NCBI GenBank assembly: GCA_020696385.1
Contig: JAEHCQ010000002.1
Span: 32,001 to 96,000 of the forward strand
From: Methanobacteriota archaeon
GTDB taxonomy: Archaea; Thermoplasmatota; Thermoplasmata; SG8-5; JAGLSY01
Length of the DNA stretch: 64,000 bases
Direction of reading: 5' to 3'
The position numbers were made by a program, and so were the translations under genes. The notes under the pieces are model-generated. The model was given only the letters and a program-made list of their open reading frames with translations, made no database searches and was not told the origin of the DNA. Below are positions 47,146-57,468 of the stretch, one piece after another (within the stretch, counting starts at the first letter, position 1; the number at the start of each line of letters is the position of its first letter).

Positions 47146-48180
47146 TCATTCCACCATTTCCCACATTATCCATTCATCTTCTTTGATGTCTGCTTTGGCC
47201 TTTCGGCCTATCAATTTATCCATCTGTTTAGGAGCTATCCCATATGCTGGCCTCTTGATAATCAGCATTTCCTTTGTGATGGTTTCTCCCATAATGATAT
47301 CACAATTGGCGTGAATGCTACGCCTACCCTTCATGTAATTCTCCTCTTTCTCCAGAGCAGATACTTCCTTAAGGCCAGTTCCGAAGGCCAGTTCCAAATC
47401 CCGAATATTGCTTACCAGAGTCCTTAACTCGTCTGGCTCTATGGCGAAGGAATGATCAGGACCGTCCATGTTCCTGTCCATTGTGAAATGTTTTTCAATT
47501 ACGCACGCCCCCATAGCGACCGCGGCCAATGGAAGATGTATCCCGAGTGTGTGGTCTGAAAATCCAACAGGATTAGCAAAGGCATCTTTCAATGTCTGGA
47601 TGGCCCTAAGATTGACAATATCTGGAGGGCTGGGATAAACTGAATTGCAATGAAGTAAAGCAACTTCACTGTTACCCACTGAACTGGCTACTTGAATAGC
47701 GTCCTGTATCTCCTCCATACTGGCCATCCCGGTCGAGATTATCAATGGCTTGGACTTACTAGCAGTGTATTTTATCAGTTCCAGATCCACTATCTCGAAG
47801 GATGCTATCTTGAATGAATTGGAATGAGCATCCAGAAGATCCGCGGCCTCATTATCGAAGGGCGTGGCCATGAACTCGATCCCTGCGTTTTTGCAATAGT
47901 CCGATAGCAGGGAAATCCACTCCCTGGGGGTTTCATTCTTCTTGATCAATTCATAAATATCCTGATTATCCAGGGATTTGAATCCAGGCGTGTTCTTCGA
48001 ATATAGGTTCTCAGCCTTGAATATCTGGAACTTCACGGCATCCGCGCCTGCCTCGATCGCAGCATCAATGAGCTGTTTGGCAATATCAAAGTCACCATTA
48101 TGATTGGAGCCAGCTTCCGCAATGACGTATACCGGGTGGCCGTCGCCTATCTTCCTTCCATTTATCTCCATGGTCCTCAT
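47146..48180 (-). CDS. pseI: Nonulosonic acid synthase (PseI/NeuB family) with SAF domain
   Basis: IAEAG.NHNGD, GADAVKFQ, KIASFE, STGM, LHC.S.YP, GFSDHT, EKHFT, DH.F..EP, KRP..GI. Confidence 0.9.
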   Translation of the reverse strand: MRTMEINGRKIGDGHPVYVIAEAGSNHNGDFDIAKQLIDAAIEAGADAVKFQIFKAENLYSKNTPGFKSLDNQDIYELIKKNETPREWISLLSDYCKNAGIEFMATPFDNEAADLLDAHSNSFKIASFEIVDLELIKYTASKSKPLIISTGMASMEEIQDAIQVASSVGNSEVALLHCNSVYPSPPDIVNLRAIQTLKDAFANPVGFSDHTLGIHLPLAAVAMGACVIEKHFTMDRNMDGPDHSFAIEPDELRTLVSNIRDLELAFGTGLKEVSALEKEENYMKGRRSIHANCDIIMGETITKEMLIIKRPAYGIAPKQMDKLIGRKAKADIKEDEWIMWEMVE

Positions 48181-48181
48181 A

Positions 48182-49381
48182 TTATCTCGTTCTATAATGG
48201 TCTGTGACCTTCTTTACAGCTTCTATGGTATCCTGCACATCCTGGGCGGACATCGTATGATGGAGAGGGATAGTCAATATCTGGCTGGCTATTTTTTCCG
48301 TGGTGAGATACTGACCCCTCATGTCTCCGAATTTATCTTGATAGTATGGATGATGGTGGATTGGAATGTAATGAACGTTCACACCTATGTTCTCGGCTCT
48401 CAGAGCCTTGAAGATGGTTCCCCTGTCAACTGAGAAATAGTCCTTATCGAAGAGCAAGGTGAAAAGGTGCCAGCCATGCTCGACATCATCGCTCACAAAT
48501 GGAATTGCCACACCCTCGATCCCAGAAAGCTCTTTATCATAAACTGCAACCACTCCCTTCCGTCTCTGGTGGAATTGCTCAAGTTTTCTCAGCTGGCCAA
48601 GACCCAAAGCGGCCTGGATGTCGGTCATTCGGTAATTGAATCCCAGCTCCTGCATCTCGTAGTACCAGCCACCATCACTTCCAAATCTCTTGACACCATC
48701 CTTGTTAATGCCATGATTTCTCAACATGAGGAGCCTTTCATAATATTCCTCATTGTTCGTGGTCACCATACCGCCTTCGCCAGTGGTCATGTTCTTGACC
48801 GGATGGAAGCTGAAGCAGGTCATATCGCTCAAACCACCCATTCTTCGGCCTTTGTATTTGGCTGAGACCGAGTGACAGGCATCCTGGATGAACACAAGAT
48901 CATCATCTTCACACATGTCCCGGAACTCGTCAATAGCACAGGGATGACCAGCATAGTCCACAGGCACAATGGCCTTTGTCCTGTCATTTATTAATTCACC
49001 CGCCTTTTTCGGGTCAAGATTGTATGTGATCGCCTCAATATCGGAGAACACTGGCTTTGCACCGGTATATATCACGCTATTGGACGTGGCTGCAAAACTG
49101 AAAGGAGTGGTGATGGCCTCATGCCCTTTCTTCAGGCCAGCAGCCAGCATGGCCAGATGTAGCGCGGAAGTGCCAGAACTCACGGCCACAGCGAATTTAG
49201 AGCCCGTATACTGCGCGAACTCATTCTCAAACTTCCTCAAAACAGGGCCAGTTGTTATCCAATCAGAACGGAGAACTTCTTCGACCAGCTTGATATCTGC
49301 ATCAGAAATAGATTGCTTGCCGTATGGTAGAAATGTATCACGAACAGGCTTTCCGCCATCTACAGCCAGCTTATCAGCCAT
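48182..49381 (-). CDS. pseC: UDP-4-keto-6-deoxy-HexNAc aminotransferase PseC (DegT family)
   Basis: LPYG.Q.I...DI..V..VL.SD..T.GP, SSGT.ALH, DACH, FSFHPVKN.TTGEGG, GFNYR.TD.QAALG, VHYIP. Confidence 0.88.
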   Translation of the reverse strand: MADKLAVDGGKPVRDTFLPYGKQSISDADIKLVEEVLRSDWITTGPVLRKFENEFAQYTGSKFAVAVSSGTSALHLAMLAAGLKKGHEAITTPFSFAATSNSVIYTGAKPVFSDIEAITYNLDPKKAGELINDRTKAIVPVDYAGHPCAIDEFRDMCEDDDLVFIQDACHSVSAKYKGRRMGGLSDMTCFSFHPVKNMTTGEGGMVTTNNEEYYERLLMLRNHGINKDGVKRFGSDGGWYYEMQELGFNYRMTDIQAALGLGQLRKLEQFHQRRKGVVAVYDKELSGIEGVAIPFVSDDVEHGWHLFTLLFDKDYFSVDRGTIFKALRAENIGVNVHYIPIHHHPYYQDKFGDMRGQYLTTEKIASQILTIPLHHTMSAQDVQDTIEAVKKVTDHYRTR

Positions 49382-50324
49382 CTTTCATTTCCTCCAGCAT
49401 CCAGGCCTCCAGCTTATCAATGCCTTCCTTCAGTGTGGTTCGGGGAGTCCAGTTAAGCATGCTTTTGGCCTTTGTGGAATCACATACGAGCTTCTGTATC
49501 TCGCTCTGAGGGTGATGGTGCTCAATATGTTTTATCCTGCTTTCGTCCCCCATCACGACCATGGCCAGATCATTAATGTCTATGTCTTCGCCAGTGCCTG
49601 CGTTTATGACCTCGCCAACTGCTTTTTCAGATATGGAAGCAGTGTAGATGAAATCTGCACAATCTTCCACATAGAGAAGATCCCTGGTCTGGGTGCCATC
49701 TCCGAAGATATTCAGGTCCTTGCCATCCAGCTTGTTCTTCACGAATATCGAGACCACTCCGCCCTCCATATTGGTCTTCTGATGGGGACCGTATGTATTG
49801 AAGGGTCTGAGTATCGTAACTGGGTGTCCCAAGCCATGATAGTAGGATATTGCCAAATCCTCGGCCGCGAGCTTCGAACCCGCATACGGGGAAGCTGGTT
49901 TTACCGCCGATAGCTCGCTCAGGGGCTTTTCCAGGGCCACATCGTACACCATGCAGGTGCCGATTATCACGACCTTGGTATTGTGCTTCACGGCATTTTC
50001 CAGCACATTGTAGGTACCAATGACATTGTTGAGAAATGCTTTATGGGGCTCATCCAGACTCTCCTGGACATTGATCTGGGCTGCCAAATGCACGCAGATA
50101 TCCGGGTCGAGATTGAAAGATGAGGATATCTCACCCATATTGGCTACATCGCCGATTGTGAGGCCATGGAAATTGCCCTTTCCTTCGAAGGCCAGTATAT
50201 TCTCCTTATTTCCATTGGAGAGATTGTCGATAATCCAGACATCATGACCCTCATCGAGGAATCTTTTCACCACCCATCGGCCAATAAAACCTGCTCCGCC
50301 AGTTACCAATATCTTCATTTTCAT
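49374..50324 (-). CDS. NAD-dependent nucleotide-sugar epimerase/dehydratase (Pal-like)
   Basis: TGGAGFIG, TCMVY, YAGSK, RPFNTYGP, GDGTQTRD. Confidence 0.8.
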   Translation of the reverse strand: MKMKILVTGGAGFIGRWVVKRFLDEGHDVWIIDNLSNGNKENILAFEGKGNFHGLTIGDVANMGEISSSFNLDPDICVHLAAQINVQESLDEPHKAFLNNVIGTYNVLENAVKHNTKVVIIGTCMVYDVALEKPLSELSAVKPASPYAGSKLAAEDLAISYYHGLGHPVTILRPFNTYGPHQKTNMEGGVVSIFVKNKLDGKDLNIFGDGTQTRDLLYVEDCADFIYTASISEKAVGEVINAGTGEDIDINDLAMVVMGDESRIKHIEHHHPQSEIQKLVCDSTKAKSMLNWTPRTTLKEGIDKLEAWMLEEMKDG

Positions 50325-51343
50325 ACCTCCAAAAGTGAAGCCCGGGATAGAATATCCTTTATCTGGCTCTGATCCAATAGCTCAACATCCTTTGAATTGT
50401 AATTGGGTGATCCAATCTTCGACATAGCTTCGTACTTGGAATATGATATGCCAGACAAGTTAGCCTCTGGCAGAACGATGTACAGGTCATCGGCATCATA
50501 GGATCTTATTATCTCATTCTCTGTCATAAGCTCTTCATAAAGCTTCTCGCCAGGTTTTATGCCAATATTCTGGATATCGACGGAACCCGGGTCTATCCCC
50601 AGCTTCTCGCTCATGTCCGCGATAACGGTTTTAGCAATATCAATTATCCTCGCACTGGGCATCTTGAGGATGAATGTCTCTCCACCCAGCATGATATCCG
50701 ATGCTTTCAAGACCAGGGATGTCGCACCAGCCTCGGACATGATGAAACGGGTCATCCTCTCATCGGTGATGGTCATCTTTCTCTGACCCCTTATCTGGTC
50801 CTTCCACAGGGGTATTATGGAGCCACTGGAACCCAGGACATTGCCGAACCTCACGCATGAGAACTTGGTCTTTTTCTTACCACTGTAATTGTTGGCTGCT
50901 ATGACCAGTTGCTCTCCCAGGAGCTTGGTCGTACCCATGACATTGGTCGGATTCACGGCCTTGTCACTGCTGGTATAGACAACTTTATCAACATTATTAT
51001 TCAAAGCCGCCTTTATCATATTCTGCGCTCCCAGTACATTTGTCTTCACAGCTTCAAAGGGACTGTATTCACAAACGCCCACATGCTTCAGGGCAGCACA
51101 GTGGAACACGATATCGATGTCTTCCATGGCCATATCCAGTCTATCATAGTTCCTCATATCCCCCAGAAAAAATCTTAAATTATCCCCAGAGAAAATCTGC
51201 TGGGTATTGAAAAGCCCAGCCTCATCATTATCAAAGATACGTATCACTTTGGGTTTGTGCCCCATCAATTGTTTTACAAGCGCTTGCCCAATCGTGCCAC
51301 AACCACCAGTGACCAATATGTTCTTTCCAGATAGACCATTCAT
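50321..51343 (-). CDS. UDP-GlcNAc 4,6-dehydratase (PseB/CapD/Pen-like)
   Basis: TGG.GTIG, FH.AALKHV, S.DKAVNP.NVMG.TK, RFGNVLGS.GS, MTRF, GEKL.EEL. Confidence 0.88.
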   Translation of the reverse strand: MNGLSGKNILVTGGCGTIGQALVKQLMGHKPKVIRIFDNDEAGLFNTQQIFSGDNLRFFLGDMRNYDRLDMAMEDIDIVFHCAALKHVGVCEYSPFEAVKTNVLGAQNMIKAALNNNVDKVVYTSSDKAVNPTNVMGTTKLLGEQLVIAANNYSGKKKTKFSCVRFGNVLGSSGSIIPLWKDQIRGQRKMTITDERMTRFIMSEAGATSLVLKASDIMLGGETFILKMPSARIIDIAKTVIADMSEKLGIDPGSVDIQNIGIKPGEKLYEELMTENEIIRSYDADDLYIVLPEANLSGISYSKYEAMSKIGSPNYNSKDVELLDQSQIKDILSRASLLEV

Positions 51344-51478
51344 ATTAACACCATCGACACAAAACCATGGTCGAATATAAAATGCTTACGACCTAGTTAC
51401 TTTTGTAGATATTTCACTAAACGGCCATGGTTGATATTTTGTTAATCCTTATATAGGAAATATCAATATGCGGGTATA

Positions 51479-53677
51479 ATGAAGGATGTTAATGGAGTCA
51501 TTGAAAAATTCCAAATTATGAAATCCAGTGTCAAAAATGGCATCGGAGATATAATTTCAAAATTATCACTACAGCTGATCATTATCATTGCACTTATTTT
51601 CACCATATGCTTTGCGGTCGTTCTGATCTTATTTGGAGCAAATGGCTTTGAAATAATTAAATTCTTTGTTTATCAAATATTTTACATCCAGATACCAGGG
51701 CTTGTAGGATTGATTATCATAAAATATAAGACCACATTGATAAAGAGATTGATTGTCGGGTATGCTTTGGGACTTTTCTTTGAAATATCTACCTTTGCCA
51801 TATGGACATATTTGAATATACAATTCATGCATTATTTCTTTCTCCCAGCCATATCAATAATATTCGTTGCTCAATATCTAATAAAGCAGAAAGGGATTAG
51901 CATTCTAAAGCCAATAAAAGACCTAAAAATATCATGGGAACATAAAGTTGTTGCTATCTTCTTTTTTATTTTTGGAGTCACATTGTTTCTATTTTTTATT
52001 AAATATTTTACATTGAACCCTTTGCCAGGATCTACGAACTTCATCAATTATTATCAGGATCTGGTTTGGCATATTGGCAATACGGCGGAGATAAAGCATC
52101 ACTTCCCTCCACAGGACCCACGTGTTGCTGGCATAGGATTCAATTATTATTATTTCGTCAATCTTCACCTTGCTTCAGCTTCTGTTTTGACGAATATCAA
52201 TGTAGCTACCATTGTTTATCGTTTTTATCTAATACCATTCTTCATGTTCATTACATTGGGAATTTATGAATTAGGGAAAACAATTGGCAATAATAATTAT
52301 AAAAATGGAATCATTTCTGTTATTTTTACAATATTCACAGGTTCTCTTTCATACATTTTCATGAAATTAGGGATACAAGGAGCTGAAATGATGTTCATAT
52401 ACAATTTCTTCAGAGTATTGTATTCGAGTCCAACCTTTGTATTTGGATTGCTTTTCTTTATCCCACTACTTTGGATCTGTTTGGAAAATATCCATAAGGG
52501 TATTGGAAAGAGCTCAGTAATTATCTTTTGTGTGTTTATATTCATGAGCATTGGTTCAAAAGCAACAGTAGTACCAGTTATCTTAGGAGGTCTGGTGCTA
52601 TTATTTTTATATATCATTATTTTAAGAAGAGATCTTCTTTCCTCGATAGGTAAAATGACCATAGTGATGATTGGATGTACTCTTGCCATATTTGCACCCA
52701 TGTATTATATCATGTATTCAAAACATCAAAGCATATTGTCAATTCAGCCTCTGAATAGTATCAAAATCACATTCGCATATAGATATATAATGGACATCTT
52801 TGAAAATTCCAGCCTTGCTAATTATTCTATATTGATTATTATATTTTCTGTTATATTCGTAATAATTGGATTCTATGGTTTCCGATTATTGTTCATTGCC
52901 TCACATCTTGCCAGGATAAAGAATAAAACTGTTGATATTAATGAACTTTTCATGTTCTCAATATTTTTCGTATCTGCAATGGCAACTTACCTGATAAGTG
53001 AAAAAAGTAGTGGTGAGTATTACTTCCTAATGTATGGGCTGGTCGGATTAAATATCCTTTGTGGTATTGGCTTTATTTCACTATTTATTCAAAGCCCAAA
53101 GATCCGATTCAAGAGAGTGATGGTACTTATTACCACTATCTTGATAATAATCTCACTTTTAACGGTCTTCATGGTCCATATTTACATATCTCCCAATGAT
53201 GTGAAATATCTAACCTCGGATGAAGATGCATATCAGAAAATCTTTCCAAGACGATATGAATTACAATTATCAAAAGACCATTATGAAGCACTCAGATACC
53301 TGGAAAAGGAAACGCCCAAGGATTCAATAATATTGAGCTATAGGTTTTATAGAGAGCATGACCAGTCGCAAGCTTCACAAAGCAATGCACGTTATTTTTA
53401 TTATTCTGCTTTTTCAGAAAGGAGATTTGTACTTGAGGGATATGCTTATGGTAACATACCTTCAGATGTTTTTACTGAAAGAAAAAGTGATATCATATCA
53501 TTCTTCACCACCAATGACTCAGCTATTGCAGAAGAAATATTAATCAAATACAATGTGGATTATGTATTTGTTGACCAATGGGTCAATAACACCTTGTCTT
53601 TCGATACAGAATATATCTTATCGCTATATTATGAGAACGACACCATCAATATCTATTCGGTCAATTTAGACCCGTGA
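51479..53677 (+). CDS. Large polytopic membrane protein, candidate GT-C-fold glycosyltransferase
   Basis: Many TM segments, extracytoplasmic loop Y.QD..WH..P.DP..G..F.YY, C-terminal soluble domain ending in YNVDYVF..YEND..IY; very AT-rich. Confidence 0.55.
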   Translation: MKDVNGVIEKFQIMKSSVKNGIGDIISKLSLQLIIIIALIFTICFAVVLILFGANGFEIIKFFVYQIFYIQIPGLVGLIIIKYKTTLIKRLIVGYALGLFFEISTFAIWTYLNIQFMHYFFLPAISIIFVAQYLIKQKGISILKPIKDLKISWEHKVVAIFFFIFGVTLFLFFIKYFTLNPLPGSTNFINYYQDLVWHIGNTAEIKHHFPPQDPRVAGIGFNYYYFVNLHLASASVLTNINVATIVYRFYLIPFFMFITLGIYELGKTIGNNNYKNGIISVIFTIFTGSLSYIFMKLGIQGAEMMFIYNFFRVLYSSPTFVFGLLFFIPLLWICLENIHKGIGKSSVIIFCVFIFMSIGSKATVVPVILGGLVLLFLYIIILRRDLLSSIGKMTIVMIGCTLAIFAPMYYIMYSKHQSILSIQPLNSIKITFAYRYIMDIFENSSLANYSILIIIFSVIFVIIGFYGFRLLFIASHLARIKNKTVDINELFMFSIFFVSAMATYLISEKSSGEYYFLMYGLVGLNILCGIGFISLFIQSPKIRFKRVMVLITTILIIISLLTVFMVHIYISPNDVKYLTSDEDAYQKIFPRRYELQLSKDHYEALRYLEKETPKDSIILSYRFYREHDQSQASQSNARYFYYSAFSERRFVLEGYAYGNIPSDVFTERKSDIISFFTTNDSAIAEEILIKYNVDYVFVDQWVNNTLSFDTEYILSLYYENDTINIYSVNLDP

Positions 53678-54809
53678 TCACTCTCTTCGTGTGCATACTG
53701 ATGTAATCAATCTCTTCTTCAGTTAAGCCGTAAAACATTGGTAGTCTGATCAATCGTTTACTTAGGTCGTCAGTAATTGGCAGGTCGCCACATTTGTCAT
53801 CCATTTTAAGACCCATTGGAGAAGAATGTAGTGGAATGTAATGGAAAACAGCATGTATCCCATTTTCATTTAGTTCTTTTAGTGTGGCATTTCGCTCTTT
53901 TTCGCTATTTAGAATCAAATAGAACATATGGTAGTTTGATTCACAATCCTTTGGTATTGACGGTAGTTGAATAAGACCCATTTCTTGCAAACCTCTAAAA
54001 TTTTCATAATAAGAATCAAAGGTCTTCTTTCTATTAGATTGGATCGGTTCCAAATTTTGAAGTTGTGCATATAGAAATCCTGCAGATAACTCAGATAATA
54101 AATAACTGGAACCTATATCTACCCAGGTATATTTATCAACTTTACCCTCAAAGAAATTTTTGCGATTCGTTCCTTTTTCTCGGATAATCTCTGCCCTTTC
54201 GAAAAATATCTCATCATTTAGTACGATCGCCCCCCCCTCTCCGCAAGTGTAATTCTTTGTCTCATGGAAGCTGTATGTTCCAATATCTCCAATCGTGCCC
54301 AAATAATCATTCTTGTATCTGCTATTCACCCCTTGTGCGGCATCTTCAATGACATATAAACCGTGATCCTTGGCAATTTTCATGATCTTATCCATATCAC
54401 ATCCGGTACCAGCATAATGAACCGGCATTATTGCCTTAGTTCTATCTGTGATGTTTTCTTCAATTAATTTTTCATCAATATTGAGTGTGTCATCACGTAT
54501 ATCTACGAATTTCGGAACACCGCCGTATAGTATAAAGGAATTAGCACTGGATACAAAGGTATAGGAGGGGCAAATAACCTCATCTCCTTTAGTAATATCC
54601 ATTAATAATGAACCTAGTTCTAATGCATGTGTACAGGAGGGTGTGAGGAGTATTTTCTTTGCAGAAAATTTCTCTTCCATGATCTTTTGGCATTTATCTG
54701 TAAATGGTCCATCTCCAGATAATTTTTCATTTTGAATTACTTTTTTCATGTGCTCGATTTCGATACCAAGAACTGGTGGTTTGTTGAATGGGATATTCAT
54801 ATTATACAC
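53661..54809 (-). CDS. rffA: dTDP-4-amino-4,6-dideoxygalactose transaminase (WecE/RffA)
   Basis: IPFN.P, SGDG.FT..C, LLT.SCT.ALE, EDAAQG, SFHETKN..CGEGG, REKGTNR..F, DKYTW.D.GSSY, VFHY.PLH. Confidence 0.92.
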   Translation of the reverse strand: MYNMNIPFNKPPVLGIEIEHMKKVIQNEKLSGDGPFTDKCQKIMEEKFSAKKILLTPSCTHALELGSLLMDITKGDEVICPSYTFVSSANSFILYGGVPKFVDIRDDTLNIDEKLIEENITDRTKAIMPVHYAGTGCDMDKIMKIAKDHGLYVIEDAAQGVNSRYKNDYLGTIGDIGTYSFHETKNYTCGEGGAIVLNDEIFFERAEIIREKGTNRKNFFEGKVDKYTWVDIGSSYLLSELSAGFLYAQLQNLEPIQSNRKKTFDSYYENFRGLQEMGLIQLPSIPKDCESNYHMFYLILNSEKERNATLKELNENGIHAVFHYIPLHSSPMGLKMDDKCGDLPITDDLSKRLIRLPMFYGLTEEEIDYISMHTKRVITGLN

Positions 54810-54822
54810 TCTTATCTGAATG

Positions 54823-55170
54823 CTAGAGGTTATAGATAACTATTCCTAAGAATATAGCCATCAATCCTACTAATCTATATTTGGTTAAGTTCTCCTTATA
54901 GAAGATATAAGCACCCATAACGACAAAAACATAATTTAAACCTGTAAAGGAAAAGGCAACCCCCAATTCCATTCTACTCAATGCTAGCAAATAAAAGATT
55001 GGAGCGATTAAAATCACAAATGCCCCCATGATGATATATTTATTAAGCATACCTTTAATGACCAAACTAACTTTTTTATCATCTGGAATAAGTCCCGCTC
55101 CCTTTTTTATAAGAAGCTGAGCGGTCACAGTTAAAGCCACCATTATAAGGATATAAGCATATTCAATCAT
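54823..55170 (-). CDS. Small EamA/SMR-like protein (ArnE/ArnF-like flippase subunit)
   Basis: Four TM segments, QLLIKKG, AL..MEL..A, YKE; start MIEYA 55170. Confidence 0.75.
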   Translation of the reverse strand: MIEYAYILIMVALTVTAQLLIKKGAGLIPDDKKVSLVIKGMLNKYIIMGAFVILIAPIFYLLALSRMELGVAFSFTGLNYVFVVMGAYIFYKENLTKYRLVGLMAIFLGIVIYNL

Positions 55171-55558
55171 TTTTATTCCCCCTTTCTCCCAGGTAAATAA
55201 TTGCAACTCCAATAGTCATAAGAGAACTGCCTATGATTTTCCAGCCTGTTATAGCCTCATTGAATATGAAATATGAGAATATTAACACCAACACATAGGA
55301 AATACTCATGAATGGATATGCAAAAGATAGATCCATTTGTCGGAGCACGAATATCCAAACAAGACCCTGAAGTATGAGGCACGTGTATCCTAAGATTATA
55401 AAGAAATTAAAAAAATCAAGAACATTAAAATTATCAATAGAAAGAGCATCTGAACCCATTTTTGCAAATATCTGGCCTAAGATCAATAAGATCAATGCCA
55501 CAAAAATCAAAAAATATTGTTTGACATGGTTTTCCATATTTTGATCTACGGAATTCAT
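55163..55558 (-). CDS. Small EamA/SMR-like protein (ArnE/ArnF-like flippase subunit)
   Basis: GQ.F.K, W..VL...DLS.AYPF.S.SYV, FNE.I...K..G. Confidence 0.78.
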   Translation of the reverse strand: MNSVDQNMENHVKQYFLIFVALILLILGQIFAKMGSDALSIDNFNVLDFFNFFIILGYTCLILQGLVWIFVLRQMDLSFAYPFMSISYVLVLIFSYFIFNEAITGWKIIGSSLMTIGVAIIYLGERGNKND

Positions 55559-56514
55559 ACCCATTTCTCTCCGATTATGTACTGTTTGCCATAGGACATT
55601 TCTCTTAATATCCTTCGAAGATACTCGCCGATCACACCAATAGCGATCAATATCGAGCCACTAAGGAGAGTAACAGCGACCATCAATGAATTCCACCCCA
55701 TGACACCATAGTTGGGGTCAAGCAATTTTCTTATTATTATCGTTACACCATAGCCAATGCTCAATGTGCTTATAATTACACCCATAATTCCAACAAAGGT
55801 TAGAGGGATAGAAGAGAAGTTGATGATCAGATTAAGAGAGAATTTGAACATCCTGTACAAGCCATAATTCGATTTGCCTGATTTTCGTTTCTCATGAATG
55901 ACCTCGACATTCGTGATCTTGTCCAATGGAACACTATTAGCGACAAAGGCTGGCAAATATATGTAGGAACTTTTTATCGTTGTAATATTCTCGATCGCTT
56001 CCCTGTTGTATATTACAAAGCTGGTGAGCTTGATATCTTTAGGTATCTTCAATATCTTATGATTCAGGCTTAGGAACCTATTGCTCAAAAAATTTTGAAA
56101 TCTACTATGATTTTTGGTTTTGAATCTACCATATACGACCCAATTACTATCATTTATCTTTTTGATCAATTTAGGTATCTCTTCAGGCGGATGTTGAAGA
56201 TCATCGTCCAAGGTTATTGCATATTTACCCTTGCTATGCTTTAGACCACAAAGGGTTGCATTATGCTGGCCAAAGTTCTGAATGAAATGGATCACCTTTA
56301 TTCGATCGTTCTTCGCATGCAGACTTTTTAATTTATTCCAGCTATCATCCTTGCTACAATCATCAACAAGGATTATCTCATAATCATCTGAAATGGATCT
56401 GAAAACCTCGATGATCCTGGATATGAGTAGATCGATAGTTCTCTCACTATTATATACTGGGATTATAATTGAATATTTAATATGACTATTCACAGAATTA
56501 CATCCATGCATCAA
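55555..56514 (-). CDS. GT2 polyprenol-phosphate glycosyltransferase (ArnC/GtrB-like)
   Basis: SIIIPVYN, VDD.S.D, NFGQH.A...GL, DDDLQHPPEEIP, R..GKSNY, two C-terminal TMs, IG.IGEY. Confidence 0.88.
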   Translation of the reverse strand: MMHGCNSVNSHIKYSIIIPVYNSERTIDLLISRIIEVFRSISDDYEIILVDDCSKDDSWNKLKSLHAKNDRIKVIHFIQNFGQHNATLCGLKHSKGKYAITLDDDLQHPPEEIPKLIKKINDSNWVVYGRFKTKNHSRFQNFLSNRFLSLNHKILKIPKDIKLTSFVIYNREAIENITTIKSSYIYLPAFVANSVPLDKITNVEVIHEKRKSGKSNYGLYRMFKFSLNLIINFSSIPLTFVGIMGVIISTLSIGYGVTIIIRKLLDPNYGVMGWNSLMVAVTLLSGSILIAIGVIGEYLRRILREMSYGKQYIIGEKWV

Positions 56515-57440
56515 ATGTTCCTTTTCAAGGACCCTATATGATAGTTATAAAATGTATAATAAGGTTTGTATCCAATATTTATCCAGGCTCTTTGGACCAA
56601 ATAATTATTGATCTGAGTGGATGTGACTATGAACCTATCATCCTGGATACAATAGTTGGTGGCATATCTTATCATGTCCTCATAGACCTTTTTTCCTCTC
56701 ATTTTTTCACTTACTGCCGATAAGACCAATTCAATACAACTCGATTCATTTTCTATGGTCAGGAATGCCATTGGATCATCATCTACAAATGCACATATGA
56801 TCTGAGTATTTTCATCATCGATAGCATTTTTTATCCAATTCTGGTAAATTATCGGAGCCCTTTCCCTTGTAGCTGGGGCGATATGGTATTGGCTATAATA
56901 TTTTTCAAAAGATCGGTAGCCCATCTCTATTAATTCATCTCTGACCTTTTTTACACCATACATCTCCAATTCATTAATATTCAGATCTTGATTGATCTGA
57001 GCCAGTGGTTGGCTTAGATTACTTATAAAATAATTGACCGTACCACTACAAAAATTGTAAGCTAATGGAGAGCTGATCGTTCTATCTAGGAAGTTCAGAT
57101 TTTGTGATGGGATCTGGATAATATAATATTTATCTTCAATGTTCAAATTCTGTTCTAATTCATTCCACAGGTCCTCGTACAATTGCTCATATTCATCTTT
57201 AAATGTTTCTGGTGCATTGTGATAAAAAAACTTGACAAAATTTATGTCACTTCCGTATATGTCGCTTAGAATTGTTGAATGCTCCATCGAATATCCTAAT
57301 ATAGTCTCACCTTTGCTGAATATCGAGATCTTCTTTGAGCTATCATTTTTCAATTTTTCTATTTCATTAGAAATGATCTCTGGGTTTTTATTGATTATGA
57401 ATTCCGCAAATTTTTTTCTATTGAAATGATAATAGGCCAT
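56511..57440 (-). CDS. GNAT acetyltransferase, WecD/RffC-like
   Basis: IY.NWI, L.AV....RGK, .TQ..N...QR.W...G; context with RffA. Confidence 0.65.
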   Translation of the reverse strand: MAYYHFNRKKFAEFIINKNPEIISNEIEKLKNDSSKKISIFSKGETILGYSMEHSTILSDIYGSDINFVKFFYHNAPETFKDEYEQLYEDLWNELEQNLNIEDKYYIIQIPSQNLNFLDRTISSPLAYNFCSGTVNYFISNLSQPLAQINQDLNINELEMYGVKKVRDELIEMGYRSFEKYYSQYHIAPATRERAPIIYQNWIKNAIDDENTQIICAFVDDDPMAFLTIENESSCIELVLSAVSEKMRGKKVYEDMIRYATNYCIQDDRFIVTSTQINNYLVQRAWINIGYKPYYTFYNYHIGSLKRNI

Positions 57441-57468
57441 TTTATCCCCCAGTACTTAATATCTTATA

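Noticed and set aside
48969-49913. 314-aa plus-strand ORF and other long antisense ORFs (e.g. 171-803, 28212-28883, 33085-33591)
   Set aside because: Shadow frames opposite well-supported genes, with no motifs of their own.
51355-51435. Paired CCATGGT palindromes as an operator in the divergent promoter
   Set aside because: Too short to distinguish from chance, and no regulator gene is nearby.
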